Positions 36,926 to 50,070 of a stretch of DNA of 64,000 nt are shown one piece after another (positions within the stretch are counted from its first letter, which is position 1; every line of letters begins with the position of its first letter). The position numbers were made by a program, and so were the translations under genes. The notes under the pieces were generated by a model that saw only the letters and a program-made list of their open reading frames with translations, ran no database searches and was not told the origin of the DNA. Source of the DNA: Squalus acanthias (taxonomy: Eukaryota); NCBI GenBank assembly GCA_030390025.1, contig JASTWF010000148.1:62001-126000 (forward strand), given 5' to 3'.

Positions 36926-38013
36926 TAAACTGCCCTGTATGGGATTTCCATTTGGCATTTCACTCTACCCTCCAGCCGGTACCAGTAACAATCCGGATCA
37001 TCCGAACTGGTATTATAATTGCAGTTCAATTGAGAATTATCTCCTTCGTATACCTTCATCTCATGTTGAGGCTGCGTTAGCGAACTCCGTTGGATTTTAC
37101 CTGTAAAAATTATTTAATTCATCACATAATCCCTTTCTTAATTAGTAGCATTCACACCAGCACTAGGAACACATTTCACTGTCTACCTATTACATAGGAC
37201 ATCAGGAGCAGTTCAACCAGCGCCATCTGTAAAAGACTGCCAATATAATCCGGACTTCTGCTCTCACAGCGATGAGCAGAAGCAATAATTCAGTCTCCAT
37301 AATGAGAGCCGCGGGGAGATTCTTAAACTTGCAACAAATTATAACACTGAGCAAGAGCAGGTGAGGTCAGGAATTATATTAGTTGATGATTGCAACTCGC
37401 ATTTATAATAAAAATGAATATCACAAATCCGTCTGTGACCCTTAACTCCCCTTTTGTCCTTTGATGCTTTTTCCGTGCCTGCCTGCAATATTGTGCAGCC
37501 CTTTAAATCTCTCCCCCGTCAGTTTCCCAAGCCCTTTGATCGCGGCCTGTACACAGGGTTTATTTGATCAGAGTATGTTGCTGGCTCAGAGACAGATTAC
37601 ACACAATGAACAGATTTCTCAAGGTAGTGATTGTGCTCTTTAAAACAAGCCCCAAGCACAGAGTTCCCCCAATGTCGATTGTCCTTCAGAATGTCTCTTT
37701 GATGCTGGAATATTTTCTGTCACCATTAACAATCGCTGAGCTACCGGGTTTCAATAACCAGAGAAGAGTTTCATTCCGTTCCCATTCTCTAAAAGCGGAA
37801 CCATTCCCCTATAAGGACACTGGCTGTAGCCCAGCTCGGGGTGTTTCCATTCACTGGCAGCCAGCTCACCACCTACCGGTCTCACAGCACCACTTGGGAC
37901 ACCAGGAAGTGAGGTGAGAGCATCCTGAGACACGACAGCAGATTATTGAGGGCGGGGATTAGAACGGGTGTCTTCAAGTATCCAACCCCGCTTTTACAGA
38001 GCGGACAGCGACA

Positions 38014-38477
38014 ATGCGGCTACTCAGCATCTGGGTTGTGTGGGGGGCATTTCTGACAGGTTATTGTGGGCCAAACACACTTCATCTTTTCACACATTTC
38101 TAACATGTTTTGAATCTGAATTTCAAACACCCGCCGCTCTGATCTTTTCCTGTTTGAACATGTTTTTCAGAACTGAGTCTTGGAGATTCTGTCACTCAGC
38201 CGCTGTCCTCAGGAGTTAAGACAGAAGGAGAAGCGGTGACTTTAAACTGTACCGATGAAACTACACAGAGCAGCTATTATTTATACTGGTACCGGCAACA
38301 CCCAGACACACATCCCGGGTTTACTCTGATGAAATACCCGAGCGGTTATGAAGATAAAGCAGAAATTGCTCATACCCGCTTCTCTGCAGAGCTCCAGATC
38401 TCAAGCAAATTCAACAGTTTAACCATCTCGGTGCTGCAACTAGCCGACACTGCGGTTTATTACTGTGTCCTGAGACT
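38014..38477 (+). CDS. TRAV: TCR alpha/delta V segment, intact (leader 38014-38059, V exon 38171-38477)
   Basis: Leader MRLLSIWVVWGAFLT|GTTATT; GDSVTQ, EGEAVTLNC, LYWYRQHP, RFSA, DTAVYYCVLR. Confidence 0.9.
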
Positions 38478-38516
38478 CACGGTGATGGAAACAAGTTAAA
38501 CCCTCGTACAGAAACT
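38478..38516 (+). other. 23-RSS
   Basis: CACGGTG - 23 nt - ACAGAAACT. Confidence 0.9.
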
Positions 38517-38789
38517 CCCGGCGCCTCACTGATCTGAGGTAAACCGAATCCCGAGGGAGCAGCGAGAAACATGTGACTATGGATCCCTCTGGCGGATACG
38601 ATGGGAACCTTTACACTGCTCGGATACTGAATTAAAACACACTGTAAGTGATTCTATGGGGCAGTTTCCAGCCTCCATTTATGGGGAGGGGTATTGCAGC
38701 GATATTGCTCACATATATCGATAAACATATAAGGTCAATGTCCAATCCAGTTTAAATCTTGCTGATTCATTTCCTTTTTTACATTTTTC

Positions 38790-41095
38790 AGGGAAACAAG
38801 TTGATTGATGAGATAAAAATTGATAAAGAAGTGGTATTGGAAAGGCTGGCTGTACTTAAAGTAGATAAATCACCAGGAGCGGATGGAATGCATCCTAGGA
38901 TGCTGCCGGAATTGAGGGCGGAAATTGCGGAGGAACTGGCCACAATATTCCAATCCTCCATAAATACGGGGGTGGTGCCAGAGGACTGGAGAATTGCAAA
39001 TGTTACACCATTGTTCAAAAAAGGGTGTAAAGATAAACCCAGCAACTAGAGGCCAGTCAGGTTAACCTCGGTAGTGGGGAAACTTTTAGAAACAGTAATC
39101 AGGGACAAAATTAACAGTCACTTGGATAGATGTGGATTAATTAAGGAAAGCCAGAACGGATTTGTTAAAGGCAAATCGTGTTTAACTAATTTGATCGAGT
39201 TTTTTGATGAGGTAACAGAGAGGGTTGATGAGGGCAATGCGGTTAACGTGGTGTACATGAATTTTCAAAAGGCGTTCGACAAAGTGCCACTTAATAGGCT
39301 TGACAGCAAAGTTGAAGCCCATGGAATAAAAGGGACTAGTGACAGCATGGAAATGGAATTGGCTAAGTGACAGGAAACAGCGAATAGTGGTGAAGGGTTG
39401 TTTTTCGGACTGGAGGAAGGTATACAGTGGTGTTCCCCAAGGGTCGGTTCTAGGACCACTGCTTTTCTCGATATATATTAATGACTTGGACTTGGGTGTA
39501 CAGCACACAATTTCAAAATTTGCAGATGACACAAAACTTGGAAATATAATGAACAATGAGGAGGAGAGTGATAGACTTCAGGAAGACATAGACAGGCTGG
39601 TGAAATGGGCGGACATGTGGCAGTTGAAATTTAACTCAGAAAAGTGCGAAGTGATACATTTTGGTAGAAAGAATGAGGAGAGGACATATAAACTAATTGG
39701 TACAATCCTGAAGGGGGAACAGAGAGACCAAGGGGTATGTGTGCACAAATCGTTGAAGGTGGCAGGGCAGTTTGAGAAAGCAGTTAAAAAGGCTTACAGG
39801 GCCCTGGGCTTCATAAATAACGGTATAGATTACAAAAGTGTGCAAATTATGATGAACCTGTATAAAACACTGGTTCGGCCCCAAATGGAGTACTGTGTCC
39901 AATTCTGGGCATCACACTTTAGGAAGGATGTGACGGCCTTAGAGAAGGTGCAGTAAAGGTGTACGAGAATGATTCCAGGAATGAGAGACTTCAGTTACGT
40001 TGATAGATTGGAGAAGCTGGGGTTGTTTTCCTTGGAAAAAAAAGGGGCCAAGCACTTTGCTGGGAGTGTATTAAAGGCCCCCAAACAGTCAGGGGGAGAT
40101 CGAGGAACAGATATGTAGGCAAATCTCAGAGAAGTGCAGAAATAATAGGGTAATAATAGTAGGGGATTTCAACTTCCCCAATATTAACTGGGATAGCCAG
40201 AGTGTGAAAGGCTTAGAGGGTGCGGAATTCTTAAAGTGCATCCAGGAGAGCTTTTTGAGCCAGCACATAGAAAGTCCTACAAGAGAGGGGCGGTACTGGA
40301 CCTAATTCTAGGGAATGTAGCCGGGCAAGTGGTAGAAGTGTTAGTAGGGGAGCATTTTGGTGACAGTGACCATAATTCGGTGAGATTTAAGGAAGTCATG
40401 GAAAAGGACAAAGATGGACCGAAGATAAAGGTTCTAAATTGGGGGAAGTCCGATTTTAATATGATAAGGCAGGATCTGGCCAAAGTGGACTGGCATCAGC
40501 TACTTGTAGGAAAATCCACATTAGAGCAGTGGGAGTCTTTCAGAAAGGAAATAGAGAGAGTACAATGGCAACATGTTCCCGTAAAGGTCAAGGGTGGGAC
40601 CAACAAGCCCAGGGAACCCTGGATGTCAAGGGATACACGAGAATGGATTAGGAAAAAAAGGGAGACTTTTGGCAGATACAAAGGACTAAAAACAGTGTAA
40701 GTCCTAGACGAGTATAGAAAGTGTAGGGGGGTATTAAAAAAGAAATTAGGAGAGCGAAGAGGGGGCATGAAATAACACTGGCGGGCAAAATAAAGGAAAA
40801 TCCCAAGGTGTTTTATAAGTATATTAAGGGCAAGAGGATAACCAGTGAAAGAGTAGGGCCCATGTAGGACCAAAGTGGCAATCTGTGTGTCGAGCCAAAA
40901 GATGCAGGTGGGGTTTTAAATGAATATTTTGTGTCTGTGTTCACTATGGAGAAGGACGATGTAGGCATTGAAATCAGGCAGGGGGATTGTGATTTACTTG
41001 AACAAATTAGTATTGAGAGGGAGGAGGTACTAGCGGTTTTAGCAGGCTTAAAAGTGGATAAATCCCCAGGCGCAGACAAGATGTATCCCAGGCTA
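38790..41095 (+). mobile_element. Two CR1 fragments (RT portion, then endonuclease-tether portion)
   Basis: GVPQGSVLGP, KFADDTK, GDSDHNSV. Confidence 0.88.
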
Positions 41096-41999
41096 AATAA
41101 CAACAGAAAACGCTGGAAAAACTCAGCAGGCCAGACAACATCCGTGGAGAGAGAAAGAGAGTTAACGTTTCAGGTCGATGACCTTTCGTCAGAATTGGAA
41201 AGAGCCGGAATTCAAATAGATTTAAGGCCAGGATAAAGCTGGGAAAAGGGGGAGGGGATAAAGGAACAAAGGGGGAGATGAAGAGACATTAAGAGATATG
41301 CAAGGCTAGAGGTGGTGTTAATGTGACAGATTAAGGCTGAAAGAAGTGTGAAATCCACTGGCAGAATGAAGGACAGCTGCCAGCTTCTAGGAGGAAAAAA
41401 AAAGTGGGTCTTTCAAAAGGGAGTTGGATAAGTGTCTGAAGGAAAAAAAATGCAGGGCTACGGGAAAAGGTCTGGGGAGTGAGACTAGCTGAACTGCTCT
41501 TGCTGAGAGTCGGCACGGGCTCGACGGGCCGAATGGCCTCCTTCTGTGCAGTAACCATTCTATTATTCTATGATTCTATTATTGAAGCTCGTTTAAAACA
41601 ATATGAAATGACAGAGATGCAGACTATTAATTACCACGCCACATACAGAGGATGTAGATTTGTCTCATGATTCCCACCTATCCAATATACGGTGGGATCA
41701 TTTAATGTAACTGCTGCCATTTTAAACTTCTCACTGAGCTGCCGTTATTATCTTTTATTATAAATGCGAGGTGAAATCACCAACTAATGGACCGGATTTT
41801 CCGATCCGAGACCTCCTGCGTGCGGAGGCCTCCGATCTGGAAAAGTCTACGAACTTACCTGAGGGCTCCCGGGGCGCCTACACTTCCGGTCCTGGGCCTC
41901 TCCAAACTCCAAGTGTGCAGGGCTTACGTATCCCAGAGGCACATGCGCTTCGCAAGCGTCCCTGGGATCACGTGGGCCAGGCCAACCAATAGACAATAG

Positions 42000-42695
42000 A
42001 AGAAGGGGTAAAAACAGAACATTCTGGAGATACTCAGCAGGTCAGGCAGCATCTGTGAAGAGAGAAACAGAGTTAACGTTTCAGGTCGATGACCTTTCGT
42101 CAGAACTGGAAAAAAGCAGGAAATGGAATAGATTTTTAAGCAAGTGTAGAGGCTGGGAAAGGGGGTAGGGGATGAAAGAACAAAAGGGAAGGTCTGTGAT
42201 AGGATAGAAGGCAGAAGAAGTTAAGAGACATTAAGAGATATTCAAAGCAAAAGGAGATGGTAATGGGACAGGTTAAGATGAAGTGTAAATTGCGCTGGCG
42301 GAATGAAAGACAGCTGCCATGTGGGAGAGAAGAAAAAAAGACAGACAAAGGTTGTGGATAAAATATATATATATATGGTAGGGGCCGAGGTTATGATCTG
42401 AAATTGTTGAACTCTATGTTGAGTCCAGAAGGCTGTAAAGTGCCTAATCGAAAGATGAGGTGCTGATCCTCGAGCTTACGCTGAGCTTCCGTGGAACAAT
42501 GCAAAGGGCCAAGGACGGTGAGGTCTGAGTGGAAGTGGAGCGGTGAATTAAAGTCACAGGCGACCGGAAGCTCGATGTCCCCCTTACGGACTGAACGGAG
42601 GTGCTCCGCAAAGCAGTAATCCAATCTGCGTTTGGTCTCCCCAATGTCCCGAATTCACCGCTCCACTCCCACTCAGACCTCACCGTCCTTGGCCT
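42000..42695 (-). mobile_element. Penelope-like element 3' fragment (GIY-YIG endonuclease C-terminus)
   Basis: FAEHLRSV...PVACDFN...RKLEDQHLIFRLGTLQPSGLN; related terminal pieces at ~41095-41400 and 53640-53890. Confidence 0.78.
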
Positions 42696-42699
42696 CTTG

Positions 42700-44208
42700 C
42701 ATTGCAGGGGCTCTGACATAAATTTTCAGAACCTCTCTGGCCACAGGAGAGGTGCCAGAGGACTGGAGGACAGCTAACGTAGTACCATTATTCAAGAAGG
42801 GTAGTTGGGATAAACCATGGAATGACAGGCCAGTGAGCCAAACATCAGTGGTAGGGAAATTATTGGAAAAAATTCTGAAGGACAGAATTAGTCTCCACTT
42901 GGAGTGGCAAGGATTAATCAAGGATAGTCAGCATGGCTTTGTCAGGGGGGGAACATGTCCAACCAATTTGATTGATTTTTTCGAGAACGTGACTAGGAGT
43001 GTGGATGAGGGTAGTGCAGTTGATGTAGTCTACATGGACTTCCGTAAGGCATTTCACAAAGTCCCGCATGGGAGACTGTTCAAGAAGGTAAGAGCCCATG
43101 GGATCCAGGGCAATTTGGCACATTCGATCCAAAATTGGCTTAGTGGCAGGAGGCAGAGGGTGATGGTCGAAGGTTGTTTTTGTGACTGGAAGCCTGTGTC
43201 CAGTGGTGTACCGCAGGGATCGGTGCTGGGTCCTTTGCTGTTTGTAGTGTACATTAATGAGTTAGATATGAATGTAGGAGGTATGATGAGTTAGTTCGCA
43301 AATGACACGAAAATTGGTGGAGTGGTAAATAGCGAGGAGGGAAGCCTCAGGCTACAGGACGATACAGACGGGTTGGTCAGATGGGCAGAACAGTGGCAAA
43401 TGGAATTTAACTCTGAAAAGTGTGAGGTGATGCATTTTGGGAGGACTAACAATGCAAGAGAATACACAATGAATGGTAGGACCCAGGGAAGGACGGAGGA
43501 TCAGAGGGACCTTGGTGTGCAGGTACATAGATCCCTGAAGGCAGCAGGACAGGTAGATAAGGTGGTTAAAAAGGCATATGGGATACTTGCCTTCATTAGC
43601 GGAGGCATAGAATATAAGAGCAGGGAGGTTATCATGGAGCTGTACAAAACGCTAGTTAGGTCACAGCTGGAATACTGTTTGCAGTTCTGGTCGCCAAACT
43701 ATAGAAAGGATGTGATTGCATTGGAGAGGGTGCATAGGAGATTCACCAGGATGTTACCTGGGCTGGAGCGCTTCAGCTATGAAGAGAGACTGGACAGGCT
43801 GGAGTTGTTTTCCTTAGAGCAGAGAAGGCTGAGGGGGGGCCTGATTGAGGTGTACAAAATTATGAGGGGCGCAGATAGGGAACTTTTTCCTTAGTAGAGG
43901 GGTCAATAACCAGGGGGCATAATTTCAAGGTAAGGGACAGGAGGTTTAGAGGGGATTTGAGGAAAAACTTTTTCACGCAGAGGGTGGTCGGAATCTGGAA
44001 CTCACTGCCTGAAAAGGTGGTAGAGGCAGGAACCCTCACAACATTCAATAAGCATTTAGGTGAGCACTTGATACGCCATAGCATACAAGGCTACGGACCA
44101 AGTGCTGGAAAATGGGATTAGAATAGACAGGGCTTGATGGCCGGCGCGGACACGATGGGCCGAAGGGCCTCTTTCTGTGCTGTATAACTCTATGACTCTA
44201 TGACTCTA
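42700..44208 (+). mobile_element. CR1/HER1 LINE 3' portion
   Basis: RT motifs; (ACTCTATG)n tail. Confidence 0.9.
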
Positions 44209-44537
44209 TCTCTATTCTCCAGGGCCGGCGTCCGATCTGTCAGGAGCATTCGTGACAGATCGGAAAGGCCGGTTTTCAGCGCATGCGCTGTGCATGCCTG
44301 AAACCGGCATTTCCGATGTCCCTCCGGGTGGGTACACAGCGCCTACCCATCTGTAGGGATCGGAATATCCTGGCCAATATAATTCTGCGAGTGGGCCTCA
44401 CCTGTTCTTATTGAGAGTTGTGTTTTCTCGCGCTTTTAAGAAGGTCCCTATGACTCTCAAGCGGGAGGCTGAATTATTGTTGCAGTTTTCGGCATGAGAG
44501 CGCCCTCTGGTGAGCACTTACTGGAGCTCTCAGTGTG

Positions 44538-44889
44538 GGTTTTTGTGCGGGATCCGCTGTATCCCTCCAGAGAGATAAAACACGTACTGTGGAGGATACC
44601 CGAGCTGCTGAATGTAGCAGAACACATATGGGTTAGGATCTCTTGTTTTTAAGGTGCAGCTTAGTGTGACATTACTTTCCTCTTCAACCACCATTGCAGG
44701 AACCAACTGTTCCACTGTGTCTTGGTGGCTCCATTCTAACATAAAGTAATTGTAAAGGTCATCACTATCATTTCACCAATAATGCCATCTGGGTTACAGC
44801 AGTCAGGTAGGGAATGGATGTTTACTGGGACGGAGATACTTACTGAGAAGTGATATAATGACGAGAAGCGGTGCGAGACGGTTCCACAT
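44538..44889 (-). pseudogene. TCR V pseudogene with internal deletion (leader 44889-44844, partial V 44735-44547)
   Basis: Leader MWNRLAPLLVIISLL|GTAAGT; DTVEQ...VTLSC...FCYIQQ (conserved Trp is Cys). The sequence jumps from CDR2 to a perfect nonamer ACAAAAACC (44546-44538); FR3, second Cys and heptamer are missing. Confidence 0.85.
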
Positions 44890-45466
44890 GATGCTCCCTG
44901 AGTCTGTAACTCAGCAGTCCTGGAAATCCTCTGTCGGAGCAGAAATACAGATCCCCGCCCCACTGCACTGCTGATCCAACCAATGCCAAACAGGGAACAG
45001 CAGCAGCAATCCCTCCAATAACACAGGGCAGGCAAGGCGGATCAGAGCGAGTGCAGCAAACGGCAGCTGTGGGCGGGGCTGCCGCGGGCAGTGTTGTCAC
45101 ACGTGGGATCCACCTGTGAGGAACTGAATTCAATAATAATGTCCCCATCGGAAATTATATAACTCTGCCTCTCTATAAGGGCTGCGTTACTTTCACATTC
45201 GTTACAAATTCGGGGCAAGCAGACTAGTGTCAGGAATTGCAGAATTATATATTATTCGATTTTTGTCAAAGTCTTCAACCGTGAAGTGGGTTAAAAGCAG
45301 GGGCTGAAAGTAACGGTGGGAAATAGAAAAAAAACTGTAAGGAAATGTTTAACATTAATGAGCAGAAATGTGAGATAAAAATAAATTTCGCATTAATTTG
45401 TATTGAGAAATCTCAGTCAGTATTGGTTGATGTAAGGTGACCGGCGGGGGAACTCCGCGCTCTGTC

Positions 45467-45482
45467 AGCGCCACCTGGTGGC
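45467..45482 (-). promoter_or_regulatory. Putative CTCF-binding element downstream of a V RSS
   Basis: GCCACCAGGTGGCGCT matches the CTCF core consensus, ~40 bp 3' of the nonamer. Confidence 0.6.
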
Positions 45483-45523
45483 CGAGTTTAAAGTATCTCC
45501 TTTGCGCTGATCTCACAGAACAC

Positions 45524-46365
45524 GGTTACTGTACGAGGTGTCCCGAGGCCCTTCTCAGTGTGGGCCTCAGTGCACAGTAGTACACGGCGCTGTCAGCGAG
45601 CTGCAGCTCAGTCAGTGTGAAAACAGCGATAGTTTTCGACTTTTCCAGAGTGACAGAGAAACACCCGTTAACTTAATCCTTTCCAAAGAAATGTCTTCGA
45701 ATTATGAGAGTGGGAGCCTTGTTCTGGCTCTGACAATAAATCTCCAGGTAGTAGCTGGCATCGGAGGTAGAATAGTTACAATTAATGATCATCGAGGTTC
45801 CTTCCAGATATTGGGCTTCTGTTGGTCATTGCTCGACGGAGTCTCCAGAACTCAGTCCTGCAGAAAACATTCCCGGTTACCCAGGAAGCAGAGTGAAGAA
45901 CAAATCACACGTTTCTCTTTCTTTCCATATATATATCTCTATCTATCTGTGTGTACACAGGGAGACAAAGAGAGAGAAAGTGAAAGCAACAGATTAATGG
46001 CTAGACATAGAAAGACAGGTGGATTAACAGATAGACAGACATAAAGACTGACAGACAGAGAGGCAGAGGGAAAGGCAGACAGCAGAGGGACAAACAGAGA
46101 AACAGTCAGACAGGCAGATAGACAGACTGACAAAAGGATGGAGAGTGAGAGAGAGACAGAGAGCGACACACACATAAACAGACAGATAAGTTGACAGATA
46201 GATGGATAGACAATTAGACAAATAAATGGATAGACCTAGAGCTCGATGAATGGAAGACAGTTGTGTCAATAGTAGAATGGACAGACAGACACAGGTGTAT
46301 AAATAAATAAACAAACCAAAAAACCAAGTTGTTAGGCCCCAAATAACGAAAAGCCCGAACTCCAT
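45524..46365 (-). pseudogene. TCR V pseudogene (V exon 45857-45563, putative degraded leader ~46365-46325)
   Basis: GDSVEQ*...INC...FGKD*...DSAVYYCALR with two in-frame stops and loss of the conserved Trp; RSS CACACTG-23-ACAGTAACC. Confidence 0.88.
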
Positions 46366-46924
46366 AATGGCCGCAGTCTCCCCACACTGGGAGTCCGCAC
46401 TTCACCCGTTGCCTCCTCTCAGTTGCAGCTTTCGGACTGAAGGGGGGAATTTGAAGTGTTTCTGTCAGCACACAGAGTCCCCGTCATTTCCTGAATCAAA
46501 CCAAGAGCCTGGTTTCAATAAGCTGCCGGTGATCATTGTCGCTGTCTGTGTTCATCATCACTGCCCGCGGCCTCGGCACACAGGCTCCGTGTGCTGTTCT
46601 GCTTTGTCCCGGACATCTGATCATCCGGTCCCGGGAATGGGTGAGGATTCTGTCTGACCGTTACCAGCCTCACCCACAATGTCATGGAGACATCCTGGAA
46701 CTGCACGGAAAGGGGGAAAACATCTTTGATTCAAGTTTATTCTTCAAAAAGATTCCAATTTAACCGTGTTTTGAACCCGATGCTGACGATTAATGAGGAA
46801 TCGATTGTAAAGTTTTCTTGTGCAGGAGAGAAGTTCCAGTTGATAGAAATGAAAATCTGACACGATGTTGTCGCAATGTCACGAACTCAGAGTTTCCCAT
46901 TAACCACAGTTTACTCTTGAACAT

Positions 46925-47345
46925 TTTTGCCTGTGTCTCTGTGTGTTCATCTGTCTGTATCTGAGTGCGAATGTGTCTGTCTGTTTGTGTTTATCTGTCT
47001 GTTTCTGTGAGTGTGAATATGTGTGTCTGTGTGTGTTTATTTTTCTGTGTCTGTGAATATGAATTTCTGTGTCTGTGTGTGTTTATCTGCCTGTGTTTGT
47101 GAGTGTGTATGTGTGTCTGTGTGTGTTTATCTGCCTGTGTTTGTGAGTGTGTATGTGTGTCTGTGTGTGTTTATCTGCCTGTGTTTGTGAATGTGTATGT
47201 GTGTCTGCGTGTGTTTATCTGCCTGTGTTTGTGAGTGTGAATATGTGAGTCGATGTGTGTGTTTATCTGTCTGTGTTTGTGAATATGAATTTGTGAGTCT
47301 GTGTGTATTTATCTCTCCATGTGTGTTTATCAGTCTGTGTTATCT
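46925..47345. repeat. (TG)-rich ~34-bp degenerate tandem repeat
   Basis: TGTGTGTTTATCTGCCTGTGTTTGTGAGTGTGTATG units; resumes after L2 at ~48925. Confidence 0.8.
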
Positions 47346-48925
47346 GACCAGCTAACTTATTTTTTTGGCTCCCATGTTAGCTGATATTGTTAACGGTTCT
47401 GTCTCCTCAGGTACGGTCGCCCTCTCCCTCAAATCTGCCGTCATCACCCCTCTCCTCAAAAAAACAAACCTTGATCCCTCCGTCCTTGCAAACTACCGCC
47501 CCATCTCCAACCTCCCTGTACTCTCCAAAGTCCTTGAACGTGCTGTTGCCTCCCAAATCCGTGCACATATATCCTGCAATTCCATGTTTGATTCCCTCCA
47601 ATCAGGTTTCCGCCCTTGCCACAGTACCGAAACGGCTCTCATCTAATTCACAAATGACATCCTTTGTGACGGGGACAAAGGTAAACTATCCCTCCTCGTC
47701 CTTCTTGACTTGTCTGCAGCCTTTGACACGGTTGACCACTCCATCCTTCCCCAACAGCTCTCCACCGTCGTCCAGCTGGGTGGGACTGCACTCGCCTGGT
47801 TCCATTCTTATCTATCTAATCGTAACCAGAGAATCACCTGCAACGGCTTCTCTTCCCGCTCCCGCATCGTTACCTCTGGTGTCCCCCAAGGATCTATCCT
47901 TGGCCCCCTCCTATTTCTCATCTACATGTTGCCCCTTGGCGACATCATCCGAAAACACAGCGTCAGTTTCCACAAGTTCTACCTCACTACCTCTTCTCTC
48001 GACCCCTCCACAGTCTCTAAATTTTCAGACTGTTTGTCCGACATACAGTTCTGGATGAGCAAAAATGTTCTCCAATTAAATATTGGGAAAACCGAAGCCA
48101 TTGTTTTCGGTCCCCGCCACAAACTCCGTTCCCTCGCCACTGACTCCATTGCTCTCCTTAACATCTGTCTGAGGCTGAACCACACTGTTCGCAACCTTGG
48201 TGTCATACTTGATCCTGAAATGAGCTTCCGACCACATATTCGCAGCATAACAAAGACCGCCTATTTCCACCTCCGTAACATCGCCCGTCTCCGCCCTTGC
48301 CTCAGTTCATCCGTTGTTGAGACACTCATTCATGCGTTTGTTACCTCTAGACTTGACTATTCCAACGCACTCCTGGCTGGCCTCCCACATTCCACCCTAC
48401 GTAAACGTGAGGTTATCCAAAACTCGGCTGCCCGTGTCCTAACTCGCACCAAGTCCCGTTCGCCCATCACCCCTGTGCTCGCTGACGTACATTGGCTCCC
48501 AGTTAAGCAGCGCCTCGATTTCAAAATGCTCCTTCTTGTTTTCAAATCCCTCCATGGACTCTCCCCTACCTATCTCTGTAATCTCCTTCAGCCCCACAAC
48601 CCCCCGAGATATCTGCGCTCCTCTAATTCTGTCCTCTTGAGGGTCCCTGATTATAATCGCTCAACAGATGGTGGCCGTGCCTTCTGTTGCCTAGGCCCTA
48701 AACTCTGGAATTCCCTGCCTAAACCTCTCCGCCTCGCTACCTCACTTTCCTCCTTTAAGACGCTACTTAAAACCTCCTCTTTGACCAAGCTTTTGGTCAC
48801 CTGCCCTAATTTATCCTTATGTGGATCGGTGACAATTTGTTGTCTTAAAATACTCCAGTGGAGCGCCTTGGGACGTTTTACTACGTTAAAGGCGCTATAT
48901 AAATACAAGTTGTTGTTGTTGTTGT
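47345..48925 (+). mobile_element. L2 LINE 3' portion (408-aa RT ORF lacking the YADD segment)
   Basis: SAAFDTVDH, GVPQGSILGPLLF, SRLDYSN, HWLPV; (TTG)n tail. Confidence 0.9.
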
Positions 48926-48979
48926 TATGTCTGTGAGTATGAATCTGTGTGTGTTTATCTGCCTGTGTTTGTGAGTCTA

Positions 48980-49288
48980 ATTGTCCGATCAGAAGAGAGT
49001 GCAGACTCTGTAATAACCTGCAGTTAGTCTGTATCGGGTTCAGCTACAAACTATGGCCTCTTCTGGTATCGCCAGTATCCCCACAAGACCCTCAGTATCT
49101 GCTCAGAGACGATAGTTATGGGAATAACGAGACGGCTCCGGTTCTGAACACTTCAGTGGAAATCTCAACCGGACACAAGGCACTTTTCACTTATCCATGA
49201 AAGGCTTGGAGATCACAGACAGCGCCTTGTATTACTGTGCTCTGAGACCCACAGTGAATAAGGGTCCCTCGGTCCTCATCCAAAAACA
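48980..49288 (+). pseudogene. 5'-truncated TCR V pseudogene next to L2 insertion
   Basis: ITCS*, LFWYRQYP, DSALYYCALR with stop and frameshifts; RSS CACAGTG(49250-49256)-23-CCAAAAACA. Confidence 0.87.
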
Positions 49289-50070
49289 AGGCACAGGTCT
49301 GCATCAAGTTTGTGCTCCAGGAAAATGTAAATGGGAAAATAAAGCGTAATCCAAGCGGTTTTTTCTAGTTAAGGTCAATGCTGTCAGCGTTGGGAAATGT
49401 GACTATTCTGAACCATTTTAATCCAGGGGCAAATTCAGACCACAGTATTAGCACAAACCTGCAGCTCTCTGGGATGAATAACAGGATCAATCTCGACAAG
49501 TAAAAGTCCTGGGTGTGGTGCAGATCTGTCAGGTCACTTTTTTAAACGATACCTCACTGGTGCGGAGGGCTGTCCACATAACACGTCGCTCGTGGTCTTA
49601 AGGCTTTGACTAGCAATGGAACTCATTGACTGTGGAGGAAGCTCAGTGATACCGGGAATTGAGAATTATTTATATTATGTTTCGCCTTTAACCTTACTGA
49701 GACAGAGAGAAAGAGAGAGTGAGAAAGACACCGATTTAAGCAGAGTGAGTGACAACGAGACAGAGGGAGAGAGAGAGAGAGAGGGGCGGGGGGGGCAGAC
49801 AGAGAGAGAGAGAGAGAGACTCACTCACAGAGCTAGGCAAGCAAAGGGTTTGTAGGGAGACATCAGTAATTGATCCACAACTAACGCTGATTGGTGCACA
49901 GCTGGTGTCAGTTCTGAGAGACCAGCCAATCTTGTCCCTGCGAGAAGCCTCTCATTTTCCCAATAATTGAAGCCTGCCCCTGATTTGACTTTACTCTTTA
50001 ATATAAGAATAGAAGGGTCAACATATTTAACGCGATCTGCTATTTCCTGTCTAATTCTATACCAGACACC

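Larger units (their letters stand above)
41789..44375. mobile_element. Harbinger-like MITE hosting nested Penelope-like and CR1 insertions
   Basis: TIRs GGACCGGATTTTCCGATCC / GGCCAGGATATTCCGATCC; TSD AAT; shares GCGCATGCGC and GGGATCACGTG motifs with the 740-bp family. Confidence 0.7.

Noticed and set aside
46630-46710. GEDSV-like V N-terminal fragment
   Set aside because: Too short and contains a stop; may be the detached 5' end of the 49-kb pseudogene but unprovable by eye
47710-48936. Longest ORF (408 aa) as a host gene or active RT
   Set aside because: 5'-truncated L2 RT lacking the catalytic YADD segment
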